DNA from: Eledone cirrhosa
Lineage: Eukaryota
Direction of reading: 5' to 3'
NCBI GenBank assembly: GCA_964016885.1
Contig: OZ024740.1
Coordinates: forward strand, 148,490,001-148,554,000
Length of the DNA: 64,000 nt
Below the pieces are notes generated by a model, which saw nothing but the letters and a program-made list of their open reading frames with translations, had not been told where the DNA came from and searched no databases. This document shows positions 1-14,404 of this stretch, piece by piece. The translations under genes and the position numbers were made by a program. Every line of letters begins with the position of its first letter. Position 1 is the first letter of the stretch.

Positions 1-1613
1 AGGAAAAATAGAGTAAAAAGAAAAATAAACATTAACAAATAACTATAAAATACAAGAATAAAATTCTGCGAAAGAGAGGAGGAAGAGCCTTGTTTGAAGA
101 CACCCTGGGTGGTTTTGATGGTTCTTGCTTTTGCTGGTTGGGTTAATGGTGTTTATCTTGCTATTATTTGGTGTATTGTTTGTTTGTCTGTATGCTGTTT
201 TGGTGACGTTATTGTTGGTGTTGTTACTGCTACCGTTGTTGGTGCCGCTGCTGTCACTGTTCGTTGCTGGGGCACTTCTTGTCGGGGCCCTCGTGTTGGC
301 AGCAAATGTACTCTGTGGCTTCCCGGTGTTTTCTGTAGTAGAGGGCAGAAAGTTCTTATGTGGGTAGTTTATACACACCGATGGCACCCAGATTTTTGGG
401 CTCAAAGACCACACGCCGCTATGCGCCACATAAAAATCTAAGAAGATTCGGTCCCCTTTTTATTTGCTGCCCCAAATCTTTATTTCACGCCTTATATAGC
501 GTTTTCACTATATTAATCTACCTAATAGGCATGCTATCACGATTGTCAGTGCACAAATCATAATCGATATTTAAACCGTTTACAAAATCATATAAGCACT
601 TATATTTTAGATTCCGAAAGTATTAAATCAGGAATGATGTTAGAAAATCAAATCTATTGACTTTAAGACAATGTCTAATTGATATAAGTGACACTTAATT
701 CCGAAAAACGCCGATCTAGCTAAAGACAGAGAAAAGCTATCCAACCCCCATTAATTCACCAACAACCTCTTTTAAAAAGAAAGGAAACATTGGATATTGT
801 GGTCCAATATAAAGTATGTCTCAACAAAAAGAAAGCATAGTCACAGCAGGTATGCCTTTGTGCATAGGTCGGTCTGATCGATCTGGTTTTGTCTATCGTT
901 AAACATTAATGACAACAACATGAAATTAGAGACTATAGATAACCTAGCCCATTTTATCATTGATATACCAGCACCAACACCAGCGCTCTCAGCATTACAG
1001 CAACAATATTAATAATGTTGATGACGTTTGTCAGAAGAACGATCAGCGTTTTATTTCCAGTAATCAAACAACTAATTGACTACGGTCTGTTGCTGACGAT
1101 ACCAGAGCGCTGCTGACGAGATGTGTGATAATATTGATAAGAATAACAATTGTCGGGTTGTGTCTCATTGGGCGGTAACAGTGGGTGAGATTGACGAGCA
1201 AACGTTGCAGTCGGACAAAATGGTGGCGGTACTGATGATGGTGATGATGGTGGTGAGTGTGGTGGTAGTAATATTGAGTGTAGGTTACGGAAGACAGCGT
1301 ACACTATGCGAAAAAAGGGACTAATATAAAGAATAACGAGGTGGTGGGGGACGAAGCTGAAGTGGAATGGAAAAGAAGGGTATAAGGAAAGGAGTGTAAT
1401 AGGAAGAGAGAGTATGAGTGGGACGGCTTGCTTGGTATGAGTAACAGGATATCTAAACATGTTTCACTGAGGGAGGTGAGATATCAAAACACGTTCATCA
1501 TGTAAATGAACGAACACACATACACGTACGTACGTATGTATGTATGTATGTATATATATTTTGATGTATGTATGTATGTATATATATATAAATATATATA
1601 TATAAACGCCCCT

Positions 1614-1703
<90 letters not shown>

Positions 1704-1782
1704 GGGCGTCACACCTCAATAAATGTAATGAAGATCTACCACCTAGTCCATTTTATTACTATTATCATTAATTATATATATA

Positions 1783-1889
<107 letters not shown>

Positions 1890-4577
1890 TATATATATAT
1901 ATAAGAGAGAAATGGAAGAGTAAATAAGTAACTAGATAAAATATTGTAATTTTATCTGAAACGTATAATATTATAATATATTTAATAGAAATATAAAACT
2001 CCGCATGAGCATAACATGAAGTTGAGTTCAAATACGATGTGAGTCAGCTTTACTTTCATCTCTCCAGGGTTGATAACATATGCAGTAAAAGCCAACAGAG
2101 GAGCCTTTAAAAGCTCACTTGACTGATTAGAAATAGTAGGTAATCTTAATCGAATCACATTCCACAAACTGAAAAAGGGTAGTAAACATTGGATAATGGT
2201 GTCCAGGATATTCTATCTGAAGCAAGACGGATTGGTCAAATCTGGAACGCATTTAATCATTGGAATAAGTTATTAGTACCAACTCAGAGCTAATCAGCGA
2301 AAAAAAAGGGAAAAATAAGTAGACGTAATATTATTAAAGTCGATTTAAATGACTATATCTCTTCATACAACTCTATTAATTACTGGTATTTACTTAATCG
2401 ATCCCTTCCTTGATGCTAAAATCAATACCAGTAAGATAATAACTGATCTAAACGACTATGTATTTTCACAATTTGTTGGATTAATACAAACAATATGTAT
2501 GTTTCTTACAAAGACAAAAAGAATGGAGTCGGATCAGAGTGAGACTTTACGGTCGTTTATTTCGACTTTAGTACAAGAGTTATATGGCAGTGAATTGGTT
2601 GAGCCGTTAGAACTTTGGATTAGAAATGCTCTGAGCTGAAACCCCACCAAAGCCAATTTTGATCTTCATCTTTCCGAGGTCAAGAAAAAAAAAATACAAG
2701 CTCGGAACGAACGGGTGTCGATTCCTCCCCCCTCTCTCTCTCTTGAAGAAATCGTCTGCTTCGACCTGTAAAAAGAATTGGCACTGCCAAGTGTAAAATT
2801 CCCAACGCATGCCATGAGCCAGGATGGCGCCTTTACGCCTCCATCAGGAGTTATGGACCCTTCACTTAACTTTACATGATTCTCCGAATATAGAAGCAAA
2901 TAGAAATACCTCTGCGTGACTAGGCGGCACCTGAGAAATAACAGTGAAATATATCTTAAATCCCTCACTTACCATCTTATAAAAGAAAGCAGACGTGCAG
3001 TCCTAGATAGACGTCGAATGAATAAAAAGTGAGATTGGTGGTGCCTTTGATCATATATCGGCTTGATTAGAGCTAATTTAGGAATAAACAACGGAACATC
3101 ATTACGGATATCTATCAATTATAACAACAACGAAAGAGCTTTTAAGTGGTTACAAGATGTACTAAAAGTAGCGGCCAAATACCACTCAAATAATAACTCA
3201 CCTTCTTAAAAAACGGAAGGATTATTAAAAAATGTAATCCGAGATTCCTTATGCCTAAGGAAAAAAGACTAGATTATTACGACTGGAATGGTTTTCAGCT
3301 GAGGTCTGCTCTGTCAAGACCGACTTGAGGCTAGACAACAACAATAGCATTGTGTGGAAGTGTAATGGAAAAGATGCATGCATCATTCCATTAGAATTTT
3401 AATGGAAAGATTTGTTCTCATAATGAAATTTATTTACATAATCGAAATAAAAACCGAGTTTACATCCGACTTCCTTCGCAGCTGTTGTTATTGTATTATG
3501 ATAACAAGGAATATGACTTCCATTTAGATATATATGTATATACTGTATATATGTATATATATATGCGCGCGCGCACACACACAGACACAGAAACACACAC
3601 ACACACACATATATATATATACACCCAGATATCTTTTCATGTATGTGTGTGCCTAAGAGTGTAAAAAAATAACAGATAGGGAAATGTACCACCACTACCA
3701 CCACCAACTACTACTACTACTACGACTACGACTACGACGACGACGACGACGACGATGATGACTACGACTATTGCAGCTGCTGCTGTTGTACGTAGTATAC
3801 ATTAAATATTTTAAACATACGAGTGACAATATATGTGTGACTGGACAAAAAACATATAAAACGCATTTTATTTCTAGTTGATTAGATTGACCTCAGTATT
3901 TGACTCAGTCCACATTTTATCAAACACAGAAGGATAAATTCAATACCTGTGGAATGTTTACTGAAAGCGTTAAGAGATGTAAAAATATACAATTCATTTT
4001 ATTAGACTCACTCCTTTTAAAGATGTGCGTATATATTGATTGAGTAAAATGATAATCGAAAGTGGTTTCGGTGTTAAATTTTATTAAATAAATAAACCTT
4101 ACTCACAGTTAGGTAAGTAATAATATTAGCCCAAATAACAACAAACCTAAGTTAAAGTTACCTTCTTTGAGGCATTGTAACAATTATATAACATGAGGAC
4201 TTCATTTGCTTTTTTACTTTACAATCAAGACACCACAATGACTTCACATCTTTCTTTGACGATTATCAGTGTGGTGGACACATTTCTAATCAAAGGGCCC
4301 GCTTTACATTTCTTTGTAATGCTTAAGTTCGGGTGTTCTTTGTCTAGCATGACTGTACACTTTCTAGAATTCTTTTTTATCAAAACAATTCCATATGTAT
4401 ATAAATGCAGTGATCTCATAAATGCATTTACAGTCTAAAAAATCTATACATCCTTTTGAAAATAATTTAATATATATTTCAAATATCGAAAAGATATTCC
4501 CTAGAAATTTATAATGGAAAAAATTGCTGGTATCTTCCTTTTAAAATTGGTTCACCTGGTCCACCACACCCTCTTTG

Positions 4578-4653
<76 letters not shown>

Positions 4654-4879
4654 TAGTGTGTGTTAGTGTGTGTTGGTAAACACAAATCTGTGCTGAAGAC
4701 ACTGCTGTACACGGTACCCAAATGGACTGCAGGAGTTGATATCTCAGCAGGCGGTGAAGTCACTTTGTAGGTTTTTCGGCCCCTTCCATCGTGACACCAG
4801 AACTACTCGGGGCCTCCCACAGATATAAGCAACGGAACACCAACACAACAGCACTTTCTTTGGTGAGTCTGATAATGTG

Positions 4880-5700
4880 AATTCGTCAACCTCAATGCGT
4901 CACAATAATATGAAATTTGATGAATCTACTGTTATAAATATGAGCGACACGTCTTCATCCATCTCAATGTGTATGGCGCAGCATTCACCTCTTTTGAGCC
5001 AGATGTAGTAACTTGCTTTCTTAGCTGCCTCGGATAGTGCACTCAAAAAGTGTTTCCATTTTTTTACCACCTGTACAAGGCCTATGCGAAGCGAGTCCAC
5101 CCCGGTTCCGATAAATCCTTTGATTCCTACTTCTACAGGGAAACAGTATTTCTTGTCATTCTTGTTGCATGCATCGTCGATGTTCGCCTTCCAAGAGATA
5201 GTAAGCTACACCATCCGCATTACCTTCCTTTCCTTGCACACACGACGAGGTCAGGTCTGTTGGTGGTAAAAATAGGAAGGTAGTATGCGCCGTCCAGGTC
5301 AAATGAGACCTCCCAGATCCCCTACCTAGGTCAGTCTTCTTTCTACACTGGCTGGCTTCCAGTGTTCTCATTATTTACAAAACTTCTTGCTCTTCTGCAA
5401 TACATGTGGTCTTACGCAATTCTTTAACCTCTTCACCCTGCATCAGTCAGTATTCTAAACTCCGGATTATACCACCATGTATATTTGTTATTCAGGCTTG
5501 GTGGGAAATTGGTCAGTATGCTGCTCATCGTTCCAGTCTTCCCGCATTCTACTTTACAACGTTTTAGGTTTGTCGGACTAGGAAGCAGAAAACTGATTTC
5601 AGCTGGCTCCTGTGGCCACAATGTCTTCCATCTGATCTTCTAATCAACCACTCTGTGCAGGACCTACTGTATATTTATATCTTAGAGAGGCCAACAATTA
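4880..5700 (-). mobile_element. Degenerate REL-endonuclease non-LTR retrotransposon, C-terminal part (HERO/NeSL-like)
   Basis: Minus-strand peptides LWPQEPAEISFLLPSPTNL, CGKTGTMSSILT, YTWWYN, FPVEVGIKGF and LSEAAKKASYYIWLKR match the zinc-knuckle/REL region of HERO-type LINEs. Frameshifted. Confidence 0.65.
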
Positions 5701-5904
5701 CTCTATCTCCTCCGATGCCATTCATTTTCTTCCAGTCATGAGCCCTTGTGTGGAGGAACGAATAATTTGGTCATTTGAATGACCCAACATCAGCATGATC
5801 CACATTTTACCACCCATGTACTGCATTACAATTGATAGGATACGTAATACCATCCTCTGCCATCTTCTGGATTCGTAGTCCCTCATTTCTATTATTCAGG
5901 GATA

Positions 5905-6200
5905 TATAATTGTTTCTACTTTTGGCACAAGGCCAGCAATTATCCCAGTGTATTACTGGTACTTTATTTTATTGACCCCATAAGGATGAAAAGCAAAGTT
6001 TAACCTCGGTCTTTCGACATATAATTGTTTCTACTTTTGGCACAAGGCCAGCAATTAACCAGTACATTACTGGTACTTTATTTTATCGACCCCGTAAGGA
6101 TGAAAGGCAAAGTTAACCTCGACGGGATTTGAACTCAGACCGTAAAGGGACGTAACTATGCTGGAAAGCATGGCGTCCGAGCCTCTACCGATAATGCTGC
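5905..6200 (-). mobile_element. tRNA-derived SINE family 1: one partial and one near-full copy in tandem
   Basis: Reverse complement of the ~190-nt unit ggcggtggattggcagtatcggtagag...gagttcaaatccc...gcctttcatccttacggggtcgataaaataaagtaccag...gaaacaattatt that recurs more than 15 times in the window. Confidence 0.85.
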
Positions 6201-7229
6201 CTTCTTAGACTCTTCACAGACTTCTTTGTAATCGTTGGTATGACATCGCCTGCAACTTCATACTTAACCTCGTGTTGCCTTATTTTTGACGAGTGTCACA
6301 TCATGGGATTTGTTTGTTTTGAAACGCATCCCTCATCAACCTATTAGTTCATTTTAGCGTGAAGTATTTTTACAATTGACGTATTGTCTTTTGACAACAA
6401 AGCTATGTCATCTATGAAGCGAATATCCATTTCTCAGTCATGAAAAGTTGTACCTCGCAGGATGACTTCCATTCTAAACAAGAACCAGATACTGTGCATT
6501 CATCTGCAATCCCCATCTCCTGCATGTGCCACGCCTTTGTAAAGCCCTTTGTGGTAAAACGCATATAAAACTTGATGGAATAGTTCATCAAAGCTTATTC
6601 TAAATCCGGAGGGCTCACTCGAAAGCAATTGCCAGATGAAGCCACACAAATGACTATTAGGTCACTTTTTTCCTGTAGGCTGTGTGAATGACATCACAAA
6701 ATATTTTACTATTCATAATAATGGTTCAGATGGGTTTTTGTTGTCCCTGTGTGTTTATGCATTTTAATGGGGTTCAATTATGTCAACAGTTTGTGTCAAA
6801 AAGGCAAGTTAATTTCAGGGTTTGTGAAAATAGTTAAAAATAGCTAGGAGTAGATATAGATTTTTCGTTTTGTCTTGTGGTGTGAGAGCGCGTGCGCATG
6901 TACGAGGGATTCCTTGTGTCAACAGATCAAGATTATTTTTAGGGTTTGCAGATAAAAGTAAGAATAACCGAAGAAAAATAAAGATAAAAATATGAATACA
7001 AATAGTTATAGACAAGATTCAAAGAAGGCTTTGCTGTTGATCCACAGGATGGGTTTCTGGAGGGTTTATAAGGAAAAAAGGAAAGAGAGAAATAAAAGGA
7101 AAAAGCTTTTTAGTAAATGGTTCCTTGGTGTTATGATTTTTTTCTTTTATCTCGTGGTGTGTGTGTGCATTGCTCTAAATGTATAAGTTTGTTTATTGCT
7201 GTGTGTAAATTGGTTATTCCCACCCATAG

Positions 7230-7660
7230 ATCACTATTTATTGTATAATGAGGGATAATTATATATTTAATTGTGGTTTATATTTTTAATGAATTTTTTT
7301 CTTTATTCTCTGTTGTTGAGAGAAAGAGTCTGAGCATTTGTAGAGTGTTTGGTATGTTTAATCCTGCACATATCACAATGTGACAGCATAAGAGGTTTTG
7401 TTGACAGTGCATAGTCATTCTGTTCCGTAATGATATTCTCATCTGTCGTATGTAATTTTGCAGACGTCCACAGAATGTAATCATTGTATCCGACATTTTC
7501 TTTTATTCTGTTCATCCTCGAATTTTAATTCTAGTCCTTCAATTCTTTATACGCATTTTGCAACAGTGAGCTTGGAGATTTGCTTGTGGGGTTTTGCTCC
7601 AGTAAGGATGTTTTAGTATTTTGAGCTGAGAGAGGGGGAAAAATATATTCAATTACCATT
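7230..7660 (-). mobile_element. Decayed PLE GIY-YIG C-terminal fragment, same type as 63005-63232
   Basis: Minus strand encodes LYKCSDSFSQQQRIK...KPQLN, matching FYKCSDSFTQQQRINK...KPKLN at 63.0-63.1 kb. Confidence 0.6.
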
Positions 7661-7781
7661 TCCTGAACAAATCTAGTACAATTGGCTCCTTGTGAGACGC
7701 TTTGGTTGCTTTATAAATGTTTTATACACGCAAGCACACAAATACATCTCTCACTTTCTCTCTCTCTCTCCCTCTCTCTCT

Positions 7782-8030
<249 letters not shown>

Positions 8031-8467
8031 GTATTATTTTATATGAGATACAATTAAAATTAAAATATATATCTCTCTTTCCAAACAATTGTTTCATTAT
8101 AAGTTTTCTACAAGTTGGGAGAATGTGACCGGGTTATGTAGAAGCCAGCATATTTTTCTGTAAGAACATATGCAGGCGGGCACTTATAAACCATCAGTGG
8201 ATGCCCGTCAAACATTGATATAAGAAAAAATCTCTTACCGATGTCATTTTTCGTGTCAGCTAATTGTCCCTCCACGCATCATAATAACCGCCAAATTTGA
8301 AATTCCAGCAGTCTCAGAATGAGGAATTTCACAGCGTCACGAAGCGGAAAAGGGAGGCAATCGCGAAACACAAGAAAGTAAAATAATTTACACGTGGGTC
8401 AATTAATTTTTTCAACAATAATAATAAATTACCAGACCAATGTGATGAAAAACGGAATAAACCCAAA

Positions 8468-9248
8468 GTGCGATTCTGTAATGCTGAGGCTGAAACAGTG
8501 GATAACATAGTCTCTGGATGTAAAGTTTTAGCACCAGTAGAACACAAATATAGACATGACAGAGTTGGCCAATATCTACACTGGGTAATATGTCGGCATT
8601 ACAAAATCAAAGCTGAAGACAAGTGGTACAATCATCACCCTGAGGCTGTAACTGAAGGAGAAAAATTAACAATTCTCTGGGACTTTCCTGTACATACTGA
8701 CAGAACCATAAAAGCAAATAGACCTGACATCATTGTAAAATATCAACATAACAAGGTCTGTTTATTGATAGATATGACCATCTCATGTGATCACAATATC
8801 GCGGCAAAAGAATTTGACAAGCTACGAAAATATAAAGTTCTGCTTATTGAAATTGAGAAAATGTGGCACCTCAAGGCCATTACAATACCAGTGATTGTGG
8901 GAGGACTGGGAATGATCAAGAAAGGAACAGAACAATATTTGCGAATGATTCCTGGTTTACCCTCTCTGCACGAGGTGCAAAACATTGTTTTGACTGGTAC
9001 TGCACACGTATTGAGAAGAGCACTATCTCTGTAAGATTGATATCCCTCCTTGTATTTACATATGCATATGCACATGTGTATATATATACTGTTTTTTTTT
9101 GTTTTTTTTTTAAATTATAATCAATGTGCTGTATTAACTGGCTTACCAATGCACACTGTGAATTTATTTGCCCTAGGTGTCAGGAAGACACTCGGTATAT
9201 ATGTCAGAAACAATAATGAAAGAATATAAAAATAATAATAATAATAAT
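8468..9248 (+). mobile_element. 5'-truncated R4/Dong-like non-LTR retrotransposon: zinc knuckle, REL endonuclease, 3' UTR and (TAA)n tail
   Basis: ORF 8468-9034 reads CRFC..ETVDNIVSGC, RHDRVG, LWDFPVHTDRTIKANRPDII, LLIDMT, K..KY, IPVIVGGLG. The UTR ends in (TAA)n at ~9230-9248. Confidence 0.9.
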
Positions 9249-9249
9249 T

Positions 9250-9655
9250 AGAACACAATGAGCCTGACATGGTGGTTTTGGACAAGGAAAAAAGATCGTG
9301 CCTGATTGCAGATGTAGCCTGCCCATTTGACACGAGAGTGCAAGAAAAGGAGAGGGCGAAAATTAACCGATACTAGGACTTAAAGTGAGAGTTAAAAAGG
9401 ATTTGGAACTGCCATGAAATCAAGGTCGTCCCGATTGTCATAGGCGCACTAGGTACTATCTCAAAGAGCTTCCAATGGTGCTTAAAGCCCCACCTTTTGG
9501 AACACTTCAAAAGGCATGCTTGCTGGGAACAGCAAGAACCCTCGCATACGTCCTGAATATCTGAGGCTGCAGGTAGCGGCTTGATATACATTTCGACAAA
9601 CTTTCCAGTTAAATAACATCAATGACTGAGACTCAAAGAACAATAATATAATAAT
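9250..9655 (+). mobile_element. Second, more decayed R4/Dong-like REL fragment
   Basis: EHNEPDMVVLDKEKRSCLIADVACPFD...KRIWNCHEIKVVPIVIGALGTISK with stop codons, ending at a taataa tract. Confidence 0.75.
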
Positions 9656-9835
9656 AATTGTTTCTACTTTTGGCACAAGGTCAGCAATTGCCCCAGTACA
9701 TTACTGGTACTTTATTTTATCGACCCCGTAAGGATGAAAGACAAAGTTAACCTCGGCGGGATTTTAACTCAGACAATAAAGCGATGTAACTTTCTGCTGC
9801 AAAGTATGGCGTCCATCCCTCTACCGATACTGCCA
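9653..9835 (-). mobile_element. SINE family 1 copy
   Basis: Matches the recurring SINE unit. Confidence 0.85.
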
Positions 9836-10734
9836 ATAATACTGAAACGAAGCTATCGATTAGGACCGATACACCTTCGATCGCTTTCCCACTCACTCAA
9901 TAATATAGTTAAGTTAGTATCAAGATACGCGCCTAGTTATTCGCACACATACATATAATATAAATACATTGACGTATGCGTGTTAAACCATTGTCGTTTT
10001 TGACGGGGATTCTTACAGTTGTTCCATCAAAGAACAGCCGGGTTAGGAAATTAACGTGTATACTAGTGATTTGCACATACTTAAAGTACTTTCCAGGGAG
10101 AATCAGTGTGAAGCAGTATGTGAGAAAACTGTTCCTTTACATTACAGGCACAACTCATTTGTATCAGCTGGGTTGACTGAAGCAATGTGAAATAAAGTAG
10201 CTCGCTCACCACCTTACGATCCTCTGTCGAACAATCTAACCGCTAAGCTTTAGCACACACATTTACATATAGTTACTATCGTACAGTTACCCATACGTAT
10301 GCATACATATACACACCACACTCATACGTGTGTGCCTGTTGTCTTCGTACCATAGACTCTTTGGCATCTGTTTAGTCTTATCCTTCAGTCTGTATAAACC
10401 AGTAATTATTATTGCTATACAAATGATCTTTCTTTCATATATTTACACTTCATAGTAGTTGTTTTGGTAGTACAAGTGGCGGCGTTCTCTTCCTTCCACT
10501 GTCTTTTTCGCTATGTACAGAACAAGTAATTAGATATGATTTTTTTTATTATATGGATCTATAGAAATTAGTTTCTCAATAGATTTAGTTTAAGTGAGAC
10601 GGAAATGTGTTTTAATTTAAATGTAACATATTCTAACCATAGGGTGGGTAAGAAGAAATAACAACAAAATGAAATAAGATAAATTAATAAAATATAAAAT
10701 AAAAAGGTAAAAATAAATGATTATATATGCGGCC

Positions 10735-10881
10735 CGCCTATCGTCGCTGTCTTCAATTTGCAAAGCTGTCTAAACGTAATGTTGTAACTCTAGGGTAAAC
10801 TACCCTATTGAGTGCTTAGATGCACACCGAGATTGCATTCGTTAGCTTGGCTGCAACCAGAGCTTTGATGATGATGTACTA

Positions 10882-10888
<7 letters not shown>
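10735..10888. repeat. TA-anchored dispersed repeat; second copy at ~22675-22820
   Basis: Shared gtcgctgtcttcaatttgcaaagctgtc...gttagcttggctgcaaccagagctt...tgtactaaatttt, followed by (TA)n in both copies. Confidence 0.75.
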
Positions 10889-10977
<89 letters not shown>

Positions 10978-11239
10978 AATAATTTCACTTATTAGACTTT
11001 GGTAAAGCTGAGGACGCGCCTTGATTTAGTTGACTATATCGACCCGAGTATTAAGTTTTAAAGTCTGGTAATGTTTTATCAATATCTTTATTATTTTTTT
11101 TTAACCGCTAAATAACGGGGCCTAAACACAGACAGAAACAAACGTAAACTTTCAAGGGTTCATACATATATGGACACACATATACACATACTCACACACA
11201 CATAAACACATACATATATATATGTATATATTTATATAT

Positions 11240-11515
11240 AAGGACCGGAACAAGAAACACTCCACTAGGCTGGCGGACCTGATAAGGGACTCTAAGGACA
11301 GCGGCACCACGTATGATCTCGACTGGAGTATTGTTCAACGTGCCAGTGCATATTCGACCGGGGAGTGTAAGTGCAGGCTGTGCCTGTCCGAGGCCATGGA
11401 GATTGTGAGATTAAATGATGATGCAGTCAACATGAAATCGGAAATCATCATGACATGTAGACACCAGCGAAGGTGCACACTCTCCGCATGGGTACCTCCG
11501 GAGGGCACCAACTAG
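11240..11515 (+). mobile_element. PLE GIY-YIG C-terminal fragment (CxLC/CRH type)
   Basis: STRLADLI..YDLDWSIVQRASAYS..KCRLCLSEAMEI..VNMKSEIIMTCRH, homologous to 24593-24868 and 60504-60958. Starts at a (TA)n tract. Confidence 0.8.
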
Positions 11516-12484
11516 AACCACACGGGGAAGTGGACGTCAGTCGTGGTGGCAGCGCGGGTCCATGGGATCTGACATCATACCTTGATGACTATGTATGCCC
11601 TGTGGGGCAGGTCGACACACTCAATGCTGCACATTTGACTCTGTACCTCATCTTAAACACCGCCGTCGCAGGAGCCAGGACACGGCGGTTCAATTTCCAT
11701 GAGTAGAATCAATCCCTTATCACACATCACTAAGGCACTCTATTTCAACCACAGTAACATACGAACTGTTCTTCAATACTCCCTACACACATATTTTTTT
11801 ATGTAGTGCGTGTATTTTCTATGCGTATTCCAATATGTAACACTTTATGTATTTTTCCATGCGTATTTTAATACACTTTTTTTAATATGTTTCAAGTATA
11901 CCCTTTGCATTGTTCCTATAAGCTTCCCATATCTAATTTTGTTATGCAACATGTGCATCGAAGCGTGTCTGCATATGCGTATATACCGTTATGTGAGATG
12001 CTGCGTGTATTCTTTGACATATTCCCCACATGTACGTCTTTTTCTATGTTATTTGTATTTTTTACGTATTTCTCCACGTATTATTTCTTTGGATGCCATG
12101 CTTTCCAGCATAGTTACGTCCCTTAACGATCTGAGTTCAAATCCCGCTGAGGTTGACTTTGCCTTTCATCCTGACGGGGTCGATAAAATAAAGTACCAGT
12201 AATGCACTGGAATAATTGCTGGCCTTGTGCCAAAAAGTAGAAACAATTATTTCTTTATGAACCGCCCGATGTCCAACATCATATGCAAGTTTCTGTCCTT
12301 TCCAAATAATTTTGTACAGTTTATTTTCATAGGTGTGCATACGTGCGGGTGTGGGTGTGTGTCTCTGTGTAAGTGAGCATATATACGTGTGTGTGTATGT
12401 GTGTGAAGGTGTGTATATATATATGTGTGTGTGTATGTATATGTACACACGTGTGTATATATGTGTCTGTGCATGCGTGTGCAT

Positions 12485-12557
<73 letters not shown>

Positions 12558-12687
12558 TGTGTGTATATATGAGTAGGCCCGACTGACTGCATATGTACGT
12601 GCGTGTATATGTACGTGTGTGCATGTATGGGTGCGTATATGTGTGTGTATGTATATATACATGTGTGTAAAAATATATATGTATATA

Positions 12688-13515
12688 TAATTGGAGGCTT
12701 AGTAAAATCGAATCTTTGGCGGTGTGCAAGTAAATTCGACCTACGATATGAATGAGTTAGCAAAGCACTCGACAAGGCAGGTCCTCAGAGTAATAACATA
12801 CATTTAAATAGCTTGACAAATTGAACATTGTGGTAGGCAAAATCTAACACAAAATACCAAAGTAACGAAAGAACTAACAGGTTGATAAAATACACCTGGA
12901 CAAATCAAACATTATACGTTTAAAGTGTTTCTATGAATCTGAAATCAAATATCAGACTTACGTAAATGGCAAGCTCATGGTATCCATGATCGAACAGAGG
13001 ATTCATTATATTAACAGGAATTTCGTTCTACCAAAGAACGGGGCGAAACGCTGAATGGTGCCGCTAACAGCAGCGAATTCGAACATTCAGTTGTCACGTG
13101 TTATTTCCAACAAGGGAAATAACCCCCGGTTTTTTGGCGGGTCATTCAAAATGTTAGACAAAGGAAATATTATAATTTCCGCTAACTTTCAGAATAAGCT
13201 CTCAACCAGATGTTATTAAACAAACACAAATAATTAACCAATCAACAGAATTGTCTAATTAAATTGATTAGTTAATTATTAAATCTAAGAGAAAATAATA
13301 TAATTGGAGGCTTAGTAAAATCGAATCTTTGGCGGTGTGCAAGCAAATTCGACCTACGATATAAATGAGTTAGCAAAGCACTCGACAAGCTAGGTCCTCA
13401 GAGTAATAACATACGTTTAGATAGCTTGGCAAATTGAACATTGTGGTAGGCAAAATCTAACACACAATACCAAAGTAACGAAAGAACTAACAGGTTGAAA
13501 AAATACACCTGGACA
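12688..13515. repeat. TA-flanked element with ~215-bp direct repeats (period 613 bp)
   Basis: 12688-12902 and 13301-13515 are nearly identical (taattggaggcttagt...tacacctggaca). No ORF. Confidence 0.9.
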
Positions 13516-13996
13516 CATATATGTGTATGTGTGATCGTTTATGTATATATGTGGGTACCTTATGTGTACGTGGGTGCCTATGTCTATGTATGAATGTACC
13601 TATATATGAGAGGTGATTATATGTATGTACAGGCTCTACGTGTGTGTGTGTGTGTCCGCACAGATAAGTTTGCGATTAACGGCTCGGAATGTCTGTGTAT
13701 GTGTGACCACAGGTGCGTGTGGATGTGTTTGTGTAGAGACACGGGCAAGCCAGGGAGTGGCAAGAGAGGTCATAACACCTCTCCTACACATAGCAGTAAT
13801 TTCTGGCGAGGGGATTAGGGTGAGTGACAGGTCACGCCTGAATGGAAATGGTCAGTGGGCAGATTTGAATGGTCATACACAAAGATAACGTCCCGAACTA
13901 CCAACCAATCGGAGTACAGCGCAAACAGGATGAAGGCAGATGATAGAAATTCGAAGGGCAGAGTCCAGCAGAAAGAGGATTTGCTTCGAAATCCCT

Positions 13997-14092
13997 AGAC
14001 CCATCTAAGGAGCTTGCAAATCCAGAGTCAGATTCGATCCACAAACAGATCGCACCTCGAGCTGTTCGCCGGAGAAACATTTATAATACGTA
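13997..14092 (+). ncRNA. Decayed type I HHR (family F)
   Basis: Core CTAAGGA (G5 mutated), long stem II homologous to 14684-14780, then GAAAC ATTT ATA. Confidence 0.55.
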
Positions 14093-14180
14093 ATAAATGT
14101 GTGTTCCGATGCATCTGTGATTCTTCGTTTTCCATATATGTATATATATATATATATATATATTAAAATAACAGATTAAA

Positions 14181-14229
14181 GTTTAAGCAAAGAATCGCTG
14201 CTTTCACCCTTAACGGGATCTTCTGAAAC
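14181..14229 (-). ncRNA. Variant HHR-like motif (family A, core CAGAAGA)
   Basis: GTTT-CAGAAGA-TCCC GTTAA GGGT-GAAA-GCA..TGC-TT-AAAC. All three helices can form. Second copy at 28283-28331. Confidence 0.5.
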
Positions 14230-14330
14230 ATGTATTTTAATAAATATTTGCTCTAGGGTTCTAATATATTTTATATATATTTATCCTTATAGAGCCCTCT
14301 TTGGATTTTAGTCTTCACATTTATTATTAT

Positions 14331-14404
<74 letters not shown>

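Noticed and set aside
43-441. Overlapping hydrophobic or Asn/Thr-rich ORFs, also at 54132-54545
   Set aside because: Degenerate (GTT/GCT)n trinucleotide tracts that mimic membrane proteins.
2640-2980. Minus-strand splice-like signals suggesting tiny exons
   Set aside because: One implied intron is only ~40 nt and the peptide is unrecognisable.
6584-6640. GAG..CTC-GAAA-GCAATTGC with flanking TTCATC/GATGAA
   Set aside because: No catalytic core and no U16.1, so it could be chance.
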